Origin: Enterobacter phage Arya
Length of the DNA: 41,918 nt
Direction: 5' to 3' (one strand)
Sequence record: KX231828.1
In this document: positions 1 to 9,531 of the stretch, in pieces
Numbering within the stretch: the first letter of the stretch is position 1
Layout: every line of letters starts with the position of its first letter
Made by a program: the position numbers and the translations under genes
Notes under the pieces: model-generated
The model's database searches: none
What the model was told of the DNA's origin: nothing
What the model saw: the letters and a program-made list of their open reading frames with translations, nothing else

Positions 1-81
1 TGCGGGGGCATTGGTCCCGCATAATTCGCGTTCTGCGTGGATAACTAAAATCGGTTTTAGCATTAGATAAGGCGGCACCAA

Positions 82-606
82 TTGGAAAAAACGATTAAGG
101 GAAAGGTAGTAAATCGCACCGGTTTGGCTGAGTTTTTCGGCGTTGCACCGCCTACGGTTGACGGCTGGCGGCGCAACGGCTGCCCGTTCGTCACCCTGGG
201 AGGGCGCGGCAAAGAATGGGAGTTTGACACCGCAGCCGTGGCCACCTGGTTGCGTGACAAAGCGGTGACCGATGCCACCGGCGAAACGCAGGCTGATGAA
301 TCGGAACTGAAACGCCGTAAGCTGGCAGCCGAAACCGAAAAAGCAGAACTGGAACTGGCCAAAACCAAAGGCGAAGTGGCACCACTAGACCAGGTTGAAC
401 GGGCAGTTGCCAAAGCGTTTGCCGAAGTGCGCGCGGGAATGCGGAACCTGCCACAGCGCACCGTGTCAATGTTGATCGGTGAAACCGATGAACGCCGGTT
501 CAAAACCGTGCTTATGGGCGAAATTGACGAAGTGCTGAAATCACTGACCGCTGTTTCCCTGCTGGATGGCTATGACGAGGAAAGCGACGGTGACAGCGAA
601 GAATAA
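82..606 (+). CDS. terminase small subunit, lambda Nu1-like (N-terminal HTH DNA-binding)
   Basis: The translation VNRTGLAEFFGVAPPTVDGWRRNGCPFVTLGGRGKEWEFDTAAVATWL aligns with lambda Nu1 (VNKKQLADIFGASIRTIQNWQEQGMPVLRGGGKGNEVLYDSAAVIKW). It lies immediately upstream of, and overlaps, the gpA-like TerL. The start appears to be TTG at 82, which is uncertain. Confidence 0.8.
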   Translation: MEKTIKGKVVNRTGLAEFFGVAPPTVDGWRRNGCPFVTLGGRGKEWEFDTAAVATWLRDKAVTDATGETQADESELKRRKLAAETEKAELELAKTKGEVAPLDQVERAVAKAFAEVRAGMRNLPQRTVSMLIGETDERRFKTVLMGEIDEVLKSLTAVSLLDGYDEESDGDSEE

Positions 607-2623
607 TCCGTTTTCAAACCTGGACGGCATCGCCACTGCCATCAGGAAGGCACAACAACATTTGTTGCCGCCACCGGACATGAAGCCATCAGAGTGGGCG
701 CAGAACCATATCCGCATCCCTGCTGGTAACGCCGTTCCAGGACCGTTGCGCCTGGATAACGCGCCTTACCAGCGTGAACCAATGGATATGCTGGTTGACC
801 CGGATTGCTACCGCGTTACCCTGATGTGGGGCGCGCAGGTTGGCAAAACCATGCTGGCACTGTGCGTGCAGGCGTACAGCGTAGCCGCAGAGCCGCGCAG
901 CCAGATGATGATGCAGCCGTCACAGGATGACTTACGCACCTGGCTGGAAACCAAATTCAACCCGCTGGCGGAAGAATGCGCGCCGGTGAACACGGCTATT
1001 GCCAAACCGCGTGGCCGTGACGGCGTGAACAACCAGAAAATGAAATCCTACCCTGGCGGGTTCATGATGTTCGCCTGGTCAGGATCACCAAAGACCATGC
1101 GCGGGCGTTCCGCGCCGCTTATCGTTTGCGACGAGGTAGACGGATATGAACTGACTAGCGAGGGGCACCCGGTTGGCCTTCTGTGGCAGCGTTCTGCCAC
1201 GTTCGGTGACCAGCGTTTCCTACTGGAAATCAGCACCCCTACCATCAAGGGTGAATCCTACATTGAAAAAGCCTACGACATGGGCGACCAGCGGCATTAT
1301 TTCGTCTGCTGCCCGCACTGTGACGATCAAGTTACGCTGGAATGGGAAAACGTTAAATGGGATGGCCAGCGCGAAACGGATGATGAAAACCTGGCGACCA
1401 TCGAAGAACAGAAGCCGGAAACCGCGCACCTGTATTGCCCGTCCTGCGGTTCGCAGTGGAATGACGGTGAGAGGATAGCGGCTATCCGCCAGGCCGAAAG
1501 CAAAGGCGCTGGCTGGAAAGCCACCAGGCCGTTTGACGGTCACGCCAGCTACCACCTGAACGAACTGTACAGCACGTTCCGTAAGGTGCCGGCCATCGTG
1601 CGTGACTACCTGGACAAGCTGAAAACGGACGATTTGCAGACGTTCACCAACGTTAGCCTGGCGCGCACCTGGGAAGAGGAAGGCGACAAGGTTGACCCGG
1701 ATAGCCTGATGGCCAGACGCGAGGAATACGCGGCACCGGCACCGGCTGGCGTCCTGTACATCACCGCAGGCGTGGACATGCAGATTGACCGCCTGGAATG
1801 TGAGGTGGTTGGTTGGGGCGTTGGGGAAGAATCCTGGTCATTGGGTTACCACGTTCTGTGGGGTGACCCGCTTACGCCAGATCCTTGGGATGCCCTGGAT
1901 GACCTGCTGGCGGAAACCTACCTGCACGAAACCGGCGCTGTGCTGCCGATTAGTGCCGCCTGTTTAGATACCGGTGGCACCAGCGGTTACACGCAGGCCG
2001 CATATGACTACGCACGCGGGCGCACTGGCCGCCGTCTGTTCGCTATCAAAGGTGTTGGCGGTTGGGGCCGTCCAATCGTTGAGAAGCCGCAGCGCAAACA
2101 ATCCGGTAAGGATGCCCGTAAGGTTGATTTGTTCCTGGTTGGCACTGACGAAGCCAAACTGATCAACGCGCGCCGGTTGGGCAAGACTACGGCTGGCCCT
2201 GGGTTCTGCCACTTCCCGGCTGACCGTGACGAGGAATGGTTTAAACAGGTTACGGCTGAAAAACTCACTGTGCGTTACGTGAAGGGGCAGCCAATCCGCG
2301 AATGGAAGAAACCAGACCGCGCACGAAACGAGGCAACCGACTGCCGAAACTATGCCCTGGCGGCGCTAAAAATCATGCAGCCATCGTTTAAACGCCTTGC
2401 CGCAAAACTTGGCGTGGCCAACGACAACGCACCACCAGAGAAACGCGCACGCCTGCCATCGGTCAAACCGGTGATGAAACCGCAGGAAAAGCCAGCGAAA
2501 AGGGCCGTTGACACCCCGCACGAAGAAGAAAAGGCACCGGTAACGGAGACTAAACCGGACAAAATCAAACGTTCCGCCAGGCTTGGAAAGCAGCGGCGCG
2601 GCGGATGGATTAACCGGTATTAG
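566..2623 (+). CDS. terminase large subunit, lambda gpA-like
   Basis: A 685-aa ORF colinear with lambda gpA, for example KPSEWAQNHIRIPAGN against TAVEWADANYYLP and the LYITAGVDMQIDRLECEVVGWGVGEESW nuclease region against YLTAGIDSQLDRYEMRVWGWGPGEESW. The K/P/E-rich C-terminal tail contains one copy of the repeated 20-mer. It overlaps the TerS 3' end as in lambda. Confidence 0.92.
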   Translation: MAMTRKATVTAKNNPFSNLDGIATAIRKAQQHLLPPPDMKPSEWAQNHIRIPAGNAVPGPLRLDNAPYQREPMDMLVDPDCYRVTLMWGAQVGKTMLALCVQAYSVAAEPRSQMMMQPSQDDLRTWLETKFNPLAEECAPVNTAIAKPRGRDGVNNQKMKSYPGGFMMFAWSGSPKTMRGRSAPLIVCDEVDGYELTSEGHPVGLLWQRSATFGDQRFLLEISTPTIKGESYIEKAYDMGDQRHYFVCCPHCDDQVTLEWENVKWDGQRETDDENLATIEEQKPETAHLYCPSCGSQWNDGERIAAIRQAESKGAGWKATRPFDGHASYHLNELYSTFRKVPAIVRDYLDKLKTDDLQTFTNVSLARTWEEEGDKVDPDSLMARREEYAAPAPAGVLYITAGVDMQIDRLECEVVGWGVGEESWSLGYHVLWGDPLTPDPWDALDDLLAETYLHETGAVLPISAACLDTGGTSGYTQAAYDYARGRTGRRLFAIKGVGGWGRPIVEKPQRKQSGKDARKVDLFLVGTDEAKLINARRLGKTTAGPGFCHFPADRDEEWFKQVTAEKLTVRYVKGQPIREWKKPDRARNEATDCRNYALAALKIMQPSFKRLAAKLGVANDNAPPEKRARLPSVKPVMKPQEKPAKRAVDTPHEEEKAPVTETKPDKIKRSARLGKQRRGGWINRY

Positions 2624-2633
2624 GTAACTAACA

Positions 2634-3173
2634 GTGAAATGCTGCTCAATCCCGAAACAAATCACAGCCGGTCTGACGTTTGAAGCCCGGCTAAAAAAAT
2701 CAGGGTTCCCGCCTGCGCAATGGTCAGCCACGCTGATGCTGCGCGGGCCATCCAACGTTAATATCACCGGCACTGCTGACGGTGACTATTTCGTGTTCAC
2801 CGTACCAGCTACCGAAACAGCCAACTGGACACCAGGCGATTACTGGTACGCCGTGCGCGCCACCAGCGGCGCTGACGAGCAAGAACTGGAAAGCAGCCAG
2901 ACAACCGTATTGCCCGACATGGCCAATGCGCCAGAAGGCTATGACGGAAGAACACCTGCTGAAATCGCGCTGGCAGCCATTGACGCTGTGCTGGCAAAGC
3001 GCGCGACGATGGACCAGGAACGCTATCGCATCAACAACCGCGAACTGTACCACACACCGATTGCCGATCTGATTAAGCTGCGTGACATGTACCGCGCCGA
3101 AGTCAACCGCGAACGCGCAGCGAAGTGCGGCAAAAATCCATTTGGGCGCAAAGTGCGCGTGGTGCTTAGATAA
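2634..3173 (+). CDS. head-tail joining protein, gpW-like C-terminal domain with an unusual N-terminal extension (start uncertain)
   Basis: The C-terminal ~70 aa (TPAEIALAAIDAVLAKRATMDQERYRINNRELYHTPIADLIKLRDMYRAEV) align with lambda gpW ([49 protein letters not shown]). It sits between TerL and portal as in lambda. The frame is open from GTG 2634 and internal ATGs occur at 2736 and 2919, so the true start is unresolved. Confidence 0.6.
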   Translation: MKCCSIPKQITAGLTFEARLKKSGFPPAQWSATLMLRGPSNVNITGTADGDYFVFTVPATETANWTPGDYWYAVRATSGADEQELESSQTTVLPDMANAPEGYDGRTPAEIALAAIDAVLAKRATMDQERYRINNRELYHTPIADLIKLRDMYRAEVNRERAAKCGKNPFGRKVRVVLR

Positions 3174-4732
3174 TGGGAATATTTGACTTTTTAACACGCA
3201 ATAAGCCTGCGCCATCGCAGGATTTACCACAGAGAAAGCGCGGTTTTGTGCCGTCAAAGGCGGCAAAACGCATGTTTGACGGCGCGAAAGTTGACCGTTT
3301 AGGAGCTGGTTGGGGTACGCAGCCGCTGTCTGCTGATGACATTATCAGCAAGAACCAGCGTGTTTTAGTGGCGCGTTCCCGCGAACAGGCAGCCAATAAC
3401 GACTATGCGCGCGAATTTTTACGCCTTTGCAGAACAAATATTGTTGGCCAGAAAGGCATCTTGTTGCAGGCCAAAAGTATTGACAGCGCTGGCAAGCTGG
3501 ACACGCAAGCGAACGCAGCCATTGAACTGGCGTTTGCCAGTTGGGGCAAGAAACAGAACTGCGACGTTACCGGCGAACTGTCATGGCGTGGCATTCAGTC
3601 TGCGTGCATCAACACGGCTGCCAAAGACGGTGAATTTTTCATCCGCATGATCTGGGGCTCTGACGCAGGGCCGTGGGGTTTTTCCCTGCAAATGATTGAC
3701 CCGCAGCGATGCCCTGTTGATCTGGTAGAGGACCGCTTACCAAACGGCGCGTTCATCCGCCAGGGCATCGAATTTAACCGCTACGGCAGGCCGCTGGCGT
3801 ATTACTTCCGCACCCTGGATGATTCCGATGAATATTACAATTTTGCGGGCCGTGATTACGTGCGCGTTCCTGCTGATGAAATCATTCACGGTTTCGTAAA
3901 AGACATCGTTGGCCAGCGCCGTGGGCTGCCGTGGATGGCAACCGGGCTGTTCCGTATGCGCCACCTGAACGGCATGGAAGATGCCGCGCTGGTGAATGCC
4001 CGCGTTGGTGCCAACAAAATGGGGTTCATCGAATGGGATGATGGCAAGGGGCCACAATTCGATGACCCGGAAGAATACTACGTTGAAAGCGAACCGGGTG
4101 AATTCGAAATCCTGCCTGACGGCGCGCGCCTGAAAGAGTGGAACCCGCAATACCCTAGCGGTGAATTCGCCAGTTTCACCAAACAGATGCTGCGCGGCAT
4201 TTCTGCCGGGTTCGGTGTGGCTTACAACAACCTGGCCAACGACCTGGAAGGCGTGAACTATTCCAGCATTCGCCAGGGAACGCTAAACGAGCGCGAGAAC
4301 TGGAAAGAGCTACAGGAATGGTTGATTGAAACGCTGCACCAGACTGTATTTGACGCCTGGCTGCCGCGTGCGCTGCTGGCTGGCCGCATCACCGTTAAGG
4401 GCCGCAGCCTGAAGCCGGAACGAATTGACCGTTACAGCCTGATTGAATGGCAGCCGCGCCGCTGGTCATGGGTTGACCCGCAGGCAGATGTCAAAGCCGC
4501 CGAAACGATGAAAAACAACTTATTGCAGGCACCTGGCCGCATCATCAGGGAAATGGGCAACGATCCTGATGCTGTCTGGAAGGAAGCCGCCAGCGATATG
4601 CGCCGAATGTCTGATGAACTGGTGGCGCAGGGGTTCGAGAAGAAAGCCGCTGACAACTACGTGTTGCACAGCATGGGCCAGGATAAACAATTGTTGCATG
4701 GGCAAACCGATGAACAAAAACCGGCTGAGTAG
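3173..4732 (+). CDS. portal protein, lambda gpB-like
   Basis: A 519-aa ORF in the canonical position after W with a lambda-portal-like length and motif layout (NRYGRPLAYYF against DRYGRAVAYHI). Its ATG overlaps the previous stop (ATGA coupling). Confidence 0.88.
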   Translation: MGIFDFLTRNKPAPSQDLPQRKRGFVPSKAAKRMFDGAKVDRLGAGWGTQPLSADDIISKNQRVLVARSREQAANNDYAREFLRLCRTNIVGQKGILLQAKSIDSAGKLDTQANAAIELAFASWGKKQNCDVTGELSWRGIQSACINTAAKDGEFFIRMIWGSDAGPWGFSLQMIDPQRCPVDLVEDRLPNGAFIRQGIEFNRYGRPLAYYFRTLDDSDEYYNFAGRDYVRVPADEIIHGFVKDIVGQRRGLPWMATGLFRMRHLNGMEDAALVNARVGANKMGFIEWDDGKGPQFDDPEEYYVESEPGEFEILPDGARLKEWNPQYPSGEFASFTKQMLRGISAGFGVAYNNLANDLEGVNYSSIRQGTLNERENWKELQEWLIETLHQTVFDAWLPRALLAGRITVKGRSLKPERIDRYSLIEWQPRRWSWVDPQADVKAAETMKNNLLQAPGRIIREMGNDPDAVWKEAASDMRRMSDELVAQGFEKKAADNYVLHSMGQDKQLLHGQTDEQKPAE

Positions 4733-6731
4733 CATTATCGGCACGTATTACACCCGCGAAGCTGGCAGCAAACCGCTGCCTGACTTCAACAAAGGCGGGC
4801 TAGTTCGTACTATGGAAGTGCGCAGCATCGACACCGCAGCGCGCACCGTAGAACTGGCGTTTTCATCCGAAATCGAGGTTGAACGCTGGTACGGCATTGA
4901 AATTCTGGACCATGACCCGGCCAGCGTTCGCCTTGACCGTCTGCGTGACGGCGGGGCGTTGCTGGTGGACCATGACTGGACCGATCAAGTAGGCGTCATT
5001 GAATCCGTCACCATCGACGCAGACCGCCGGGGGCGGGCTGTTGTGCGTTTTGGTCGAAGCGCGCGAGCCGATGAGATTTTCAACGACATCGTTGACGGCA
5101 TTCGTAAACACGTTTCCGTTGGCTACCGCGTGTTAGCGGCGAAGCTGACAGAGACGCGCGACGAATGGCAGGACGTTTACCGGATCACTGATTGGGAACC
5201 TTACGAAATTTCTATTGTGAGTGTTCCCGCTGACAACAGCGTTGGCATTGGCCGTGCTCTTGACACCCCGCACGAAGAACAGCGGGCGGAGAAGCCCAAT
5301 ACTTCGCAAAGTACAAAACCCGTTTCTGAGGATTCACGAATGGAAAAGATTTTACGCGATGCGTCAGGCAACCTGGTGCGCGCACTGGTAGACGAAAAAG
5401 GCAACATCACGCAGGTTCTGGAAGTGCTGGAACGTGCTGGCGATGATGCCCGTAATGCTGAAAAGCGTGGCCGTGAAGCCGAACAGGCGCGCGTTCGTTC
5501 CATTACCGAAATGGGCGAGAAGTACAACGCGCGTGACCTGGCACTGAAAGCCATTGGCGACAACACCAGCGCAGAAGAGTTTCAGCGTTCCTTGCTGGAC
5601 CACCTGAACAAGCCGAAAGACCCGGCGCAGCCTGCTGAACGTTCTGGCAGCCGTCCACTGTCTGAAATGCCATCCAGCGTGATCGGCATGGATGAAAAAG
5701 ACATCCGCCGCTACTCAATTTTCAACGTGGTTCGCGCACTGGCAAACCCGAACGACGCAGCCGCACAGCGTGCCGCAGCGTTTGAGATCGAGTGCAGCAA
5801 CATGGCGCAGAAGCAATATGGCCGTAACGCCAAAGGCATTCTGATCCCGGATGACGTTCTGCGTGCGTTCAACGCCGGTGGTGCACCAAATACCCCGGCA
5901 GGCGCGCAAACCGGTTCCAACATGGTTGGCACTGACTTTATGGCCGGTTCGTTCATCGACCTGCTGCGCCCACGTACCACCATTATGCGCCTGGCGCGTA
6001 CTATGGGCGGTCTGGTTGGCAACGTCGAGATTCCGAAACAGACCGGTGGCGCAACTGCCTACTGGATTGGTGAAGGCGATGACGCCAACGAAACCACGCC
6101 GACCATCGGCCAGCTTGGTTTGTCACCAAAAACCGTGGCGGCTTACACCGACATTACCCGCCGTCTGCTGATGCAATCCACACCGGATGCGGAAGCCATC
6201 GTGCGTGGTGACCTGGTGGCAGCTATCGCGCAGGCGATTGACTACGCTGGTTACTACGGCACCGGCACCAGCAATCAGCCGTTGGGCCTGGCGAACTACA
6301 CCGGCATTAACGCGGTCGATTTCGCAGGTGCCAACCCGACTTATGCGGAACTGGTGCAGATGGAAACCGAAATTGCAGCCGACAACGCTGACGTGAACAG
6401 CATGGCATATGTGCTGAACGCGCGTGGCCGTGGTGCAGCGAAAACCACGCCGAAGTTTGCCAGCGGTGCTTCCGTTTCCGATGCTGGCGTGATTTGGGAG
6501 CCGGGCAACACCATTAACGGTTACCGCGCCGAAGTTACCAACCAGGTGCAGGATGGTGACGTGTTCTTTGGCAACTTCGCTGACCTGGTGGTTGGTATGT
6601 GGGGCGGTCTGGATATGACTGTTGACCCGTACAGCCTGAGCAAATCCGGTGGCCTGCGTATCGTTGTATTCCAGGACGTTGACTTTGCGGTGCGCCGTGT
6701 TGAGTCCTTCGCCCTGGGCCGCAACTCCTAA
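4698..6731 (+). CDS. fused prohead protease (HK97 gp4/U35-like) - scaffold/delta region - HK97-fold major capsid protein
   Basis: The N-terminal ~190 aa (VELAFSSEIEVERWYGIEILDHDPASV...ISIVSVPADNSVGIG) are an HK97-type prohead protease signature. The middle is a charged, coiled-coil-like, scaffold-like stretch. The C-terminal ~300 aa are an HK97-fold MCP-like domain. The track ORF starts at 4569 inside the portal gene; an in-frame ATG at 4698 (or 4710) is the likely start. A strong terminator follows at about 6738-6766. Confidence 0.8.
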   Translation: MGKPMNKNRLSSIIGTYYTREAGSKPLPDFNKGGLVRTMEVRSIDTAARTVELAFSSEIEVERWYGIEILDHDPASVRLDRLRDGGALLVDHDWTDQVGVIESVTIDADRRGRAVVRFGRSARADEIFNDIVDGIRKHVSVGYRVLAAKLTETRDEWQDVYRITDWEPYEISIVSVPADNSVGIGRALDTPHEEQRAEKPNTSQSTKPVSEDSRMEKILRDASGNLVRALVDEKGNITQVLEVLERAGDDARNAEKRGREAEQARVRSITEMGEKYNARDLALKAIGDNTSAEEFQRSLLDHLNKPKDPAQPAERSGSRPLSEMPSSVIGMDEKDIRRYSIFNVVRALANPNDAAAQRAAAFEIECSNMAQKQYGRNAKGILIPDDVLRAFNAGGAPNTPAGAQTGSNMVGTDFMAGSFIDLLRPRTTIMRLARTMGGLVGNVEIPKQTGGATAYWIGEGDDANETTPTIGQLGLSPKTVAAYTDITRRLLMQSTPDAEAIVRGDLVAAIAQAIDYAGYYGTGTSNQPLGLANYTGINAVDFAGANPTYAELVQMETEIAADNADVNSMAYVLNARGRGAAKTTPKFASGASVSDAGVIWEPGNTINGYRAEVTNQVQDGDVFFGNFADLVVGMWGGLDMTVDPYSLSKSGGLRIVVFQDVDFAVRRVESFALGRNS

Positions 6732-6737
6732 CCTGAA

Positions 6738-6766
6738 ATAGTGGCCGCTTCGGCGGCCATTTTTGC
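6738..6766 (+). terminator. rho-independent terminator after the capsid gene
   Basis: AGTGGCCGCTTCGGCGGCCATTTTTGCTT: a GC stem with a TTCG loop and a T-run, immediately 3' of the MCP stop. Confidence 0.7.
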
Positions 6767-7083
6767 TTAGAGGTAAGCTGATGAAATCCGTACTGCTTAA
6801 ACTGACTTCCGCCATTGTCATTGCTGGTTCCATTGCCAAAGCTGGCGAGGTTGTTGAAGTCACCGAACTGGAAGCAAAGAACCTGCTGGCACGCGGCAAA
6901 GGCGTGTTGAATGATGAACAGCCTGCTGATGAAGTTGATTTGGACCTGTCCAAAAAGACCAAAGATCAGTTGCTGGAAATCGCAGACAATCTGGAAATCG
7001 AAGGCGCGGCGAAGATGAACAAAGCGCAGTTGATTGAAGCTATCGAAGCCGCTGACAACGGCCAGGAAGAGGAAACCGAATAA
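6763..7083 (+). CDS. small head-associated protein with C-terminal HeH/Rho-N-like (SAP-like) motif
   Basis: The C-terminus TKDQLLEIADNLEIEGAAKMNKAQLIEAIEAA is a HeH/Rho-termination-N-like helix-extension-helix. It sits between the MCP and the head-completion genes. The ATG start is at about 6781. Confidence 0.5.
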   Translation: MLRGKLMKSVLLKLTSAIVIAGSIAKAGEVVEVTELEAKNLLARGKGVLNDEQPADEVDLDLSKKTKDQLLEIADNLEIEGAAKMNKAQLIEAIEAADNGQEEETE

Positions 7084-7445
7084 TGATCCGTCATGGTACT
7101 TCTGTGAAGGTGCTGGCAGCACCGGCCACCGTAACCGCTAACGGCAACGGCGCTGCGGTTGATGTCAGCAAATATGAAAGCCTGGTATTACTGCACGCTG
7201 TTGGCGCTATCACCGCAGGTGACAACACCATCAAACTGCAACACAGCGATGATGGTTCAACCGGTTGGACTGACGTTGCAAATGCTGCGTTCCCGAAACT
7301 GGACGCGACCACCAAAGAAGCAAGCCTGCTGTTCAACTCTGATCGCTTCAAAAAGTTTGTGCGTGTGGTTGATACGGTTAGCGGCACAACCCCGTCAGGC
7401 GTGCGTTCCGTGGTCCTGGTTGGCGTAACTAAAGAGTCACAGTAA
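7083..7445 (+). CDS. hypothetical virion protein (head completion / connector-like, beta-rich)
   Basis: A 120-aa ORF tightly coupled (ATGA) between the head and tail modules. No family was recognised. Confidence 0.4.
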   Translation: MIRHGTSVKVLAAPATVTANGNGAAVDVSKYESLVLLHAVGAITAGDNTIKLQHSDDGSTGWTDVANAAFPKLDATTKEASLLFNSDRFKKFVRVVDTVSGTTPSGVRSVVLVGVTKESQ

Positions 7446-7777
7446 TGCCAGCGCCGTCCTGGGAAAACCTGGACGACTTTTTTGACCTTGACACAGACGG
7501 CGGGTTTGCATTCCCCGCCGTTTTGCAATCTCAAAAAGGCTGGACCAGAACAATCAACGCCATCTTTGATGATCCGTACTTTAACGCGCAACTTGGCGAG
7601 TATGAAGCAGACACCAGCAGCCCGCGTTTGACAGCCAAAGAATCTGACCTGGCTGGCCTGTTGCGAGGTGACACAATTATTGTGGCTGGCGAAACCTTTG
7701 ACGTACTGGATTCACCTGAACAGGATGGCACCGGAACCGCAGTGATAAGGCTGGCGCGTCAGGATGCTAAACTTTGA
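7445..7777 (+). CDS. hypothetical head-tail joining protein
   Basis: A 110-aa ORF with a start overlapping the upstream stop and the position expected for a head-closure or neck protein. Confidence 0.4.
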   Translation: MPAPSWENLDDFFDLDTDGGFAFPAVLQSQKGWTRTINAIFDDPYFNAQLGEYEADTSSPRLTAKESDLAGLLRGDTIIVAGETFDVLDSPEQDGTGTAVIRLARQDAKL

Positions 7778-8315
7778 TATTGATTGGGACCAGCTACAGG
7801 ACGTAGCCAAAGAACTACAGGCCAGCGAAAAGCAATTCCGGGCCGCCTTAAGCCGTGCTGCAAACCGCACGGCTGCAACCCTTCGCAAAATGTCAGCCAG
7901 GGGGCTGAAAGACGAACTGCAACTGCGCACCCTGGCAGTGCTTCGCAAGCGCCTGAAATCCATCAAACTGAAATCCAAAGGAAAGGAAGGGCTGGTGCTG
8001 TGGTACGGGCTTAATGATCTGCCGGTCAGCAGTTTCAAAGGGCGCGTAAGCAAATCCAAAGAGGGTGCCAGTTTCCGTGGCCACCAGTTCAAAGGCGCGT
8101 TTGTGGCCAAAAGCGGCGTTAAGGGGAAACGCACGGTGTTTAAACGCAGTGGCAGTGGCCGCCTGCCGATTGCTGAACAGCTTATGCCTATCAAAGACCA
8201 GGCTGACATTTTCATTGAGGATGAAATTTTCACGCAGGTTGAGGAAATTTTCTGGAACAACTTCCGCCGCGATCTGGCCGCGCGCGTCAAATACAATCTT
8301 GGTGGCAAGAAATGA
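7764..8315 (+). CDS. tail completion protein, lambda gpZ-like
   Basis: Colinear similarity to lambda gpZ (NDLPVSSFKGRV against GDLPVIKLGNARV; FKGAFV against IPGAFI; RLPIAEQLMPI against RYPIDVVKIPM), with the same length class (183 aa). Confidence 0.6.
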   Translation: MLNFDIDWDQLQDVAKELQASEKQFRAALSRAANRTAATLRKMSARGLKDELQLRTLAVLRKRLKSIKLKSKGKEGLVLWYGLNDLPVSSFKGRVSKSKEGASFRGHQFKGAFVAKSGVKGKRTVFKRSGSGRLPIAEQLMPIKDQADIFIEDEIFTQVEEIFWNNFRRDLAARVKYNLGGKK

Positions 8316-8878
8316 ACGCGAACACGAATATTGACCTTGAAATTTTACATGACGCCATTGTTGCCGACATCAAAGCGGCGTTCCCTTCCCTGGTGACCGT
8401 TGAGTTTTACCAGGATGAACCGGAAATGCGCAAAAACCTGCCAATTCCTGCCTGCCTGCTGACGCTTTCGGAAATGGAAGTGGACCCGGAAATTGACCCC
8501 GGCACAGAACAACTGGCGGTGAACGCAACGTTTGAGGCTTATTTCATCATCAACAGCCTGCGCACCCCGCGTGCAAAACTGGCCATTCGCAAGAACATTG
8601 CCGCTTTCATGGCCTGGCTGCGCCTGCGCAGGTGGACCAACCCGGCTGACACCAGCAAGAAACTGCCGACCGGACCCGCTTACGTGATGGGCGGTTACCC
8701 TGACGACTTCCAGCCCGAAATTGATAAATACGAAGTGTGGCGCGTCGAGTGGCAGCAGGTCATCCACCTGGGCGAAACGATTTGGACCGATGAAGGCACC
8801 ACACCACAGAACCCGGTTTATAGCTGGGCACCTGACATCGGGAACGGCAACGAAGATAAATACCAGGATGCCGTATGA
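8312..8878 (+). CDS. hypothetical tail protein (possible tail terminator/neck)
   Basis: A 188-aa ORF lying between the Z-like protein and baseplate V, translationally coupled on both sides. Confidence 0.4.
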   Translation: MNANTNIDLEILHDAIVADIKAAFPSLVTVEFYQDEPEMRKNLPIPACLLTLSEMEVDPEIDPGTEQLAVNATFEAYFIINSLRTPRAKLAIRKNIAAFMAWLRLRRWTNPADTSKKLPTGPAYVMGGYPDDFQPEIDKYEVWRVEWQQVIHLGETIWTDEGTTPQNPVYSWAPDIGNGNEDKYQDAV

Positions 8879-9531
8879 ACAATTACGACATGACCGAAAT
8901 GAACCGCGCGCTGTCAAACCTGATACGCGTGGGAAACATCCGGGCGGTTGATGCAGCCAATGCCCGCGTGCGTGTAGCGTTCGGCGGTTGCGTCAGTGGT
9001 TGGATTCCCTGGGGAACGTCACGCGCTGGCAACCGGCGTGATTGGACCATGCCCAACGTTGGTGAACAGGTCATGGTGTTCGCGCCTTTCGGTGACCCAA
9101 CACAGGCCGTTGTTGGGCCGTCTATCTTCCAGGATGATTTCAGCGCGCCAGCTACCAGCCCGGATAAAGATGTGACCGTGTTCCCTGACGGCACAACGTT
9201 TGAATATGACAGCGCATCGAACACGTATACGCAGACCATTGCCGGTTCTGGCAATTGGGTGTTCAACCTGAAAAACGCGCAGATCAACACGGAAACGGCC
9301 ACCGTGACGGCGGAAACCAGCGTGACGCTGGACACGCCTGACACGATTTGCACCGGCAACCTGACCGTGGCCAAAAGTCTGACTATGGGCCAGGAGGGCG
9401 GAACAGCGACCATGAAAGGTGCCGTGTCAATAGAAGGACCATCCCTGACACACAACGGCAAGAATATTGGTTCTGACCATTCGCATAGCGGCGTTCAAAC
9501 AGGCGGCGGGAACACCGGCGCACCGGTTTAA
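8875..9531 (+). CDS. baseplate assembly protein V (P2 gpV-like spike, gp5/VgrG OB-fold)
   Basis: IRVGNIRAVDAANARVRVAFGGCVSGWIPW ... NLTVAKSLTMGQEGGTATMKGAVSIEGPSLTHNGKNIGSDHSHSG is the typical P2 gpV N-terminal OB-fold plus C-terminal spike motif. Confidence 0.85.
   Translation: MNNYDMTEMNRALSNLIRVGNIRAVDAANARVRVAFGGCVSGWIPWGTSRAGNRRDWTMPNVGEQVMVFAPFGDPTQAVVGPSIFQDDFSAPATSPDKDVTVFPDGTTFEYDSASNTYTQTIAGSGNWVFNLKNAQINTETATVTAETSVTLDTPDTICTGNLTVAKSLTMGQEGGTATMKGAVSIEGPSLTHNGKNIGSDHSHSGVQTGGGNTGAPV

Noticed and set aside
1-80. The window start as a prophage attachment site or host DNA
   Set aside because: There is no tRNA or integrase nearby and no direct repeat matching the other window end. 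The gene order and the wrap-around ORF instead indicate a cos-linearised or circularly permuted phage genome.
4569-4697. Track start at 4569 for the protease-capsid ORF, and 16354 for the sheath ORF
   Set aside because: Both upstream extensions overlap the preceding genes and/or lack an ATG or RBS. Internal ATGs at 4698 (or 4710) and 16507 are preceded by Shine-Dalgarno sequences and match the expected N-termini.
6123-7122. Long minus-strand ORFs antisense to structural genes (6123..6962, 6535..7122; also 8345..8917, 1220..1555, 5201..5566, 21958..22569, 22349..22693)
   Set aside because: They lie entirely inside well-supported plus-strand genes with clear homology and coupled starts. They are typical GC-rich antisense artefacts with Arg/Ser/Cys-rich, low-complexity translations.
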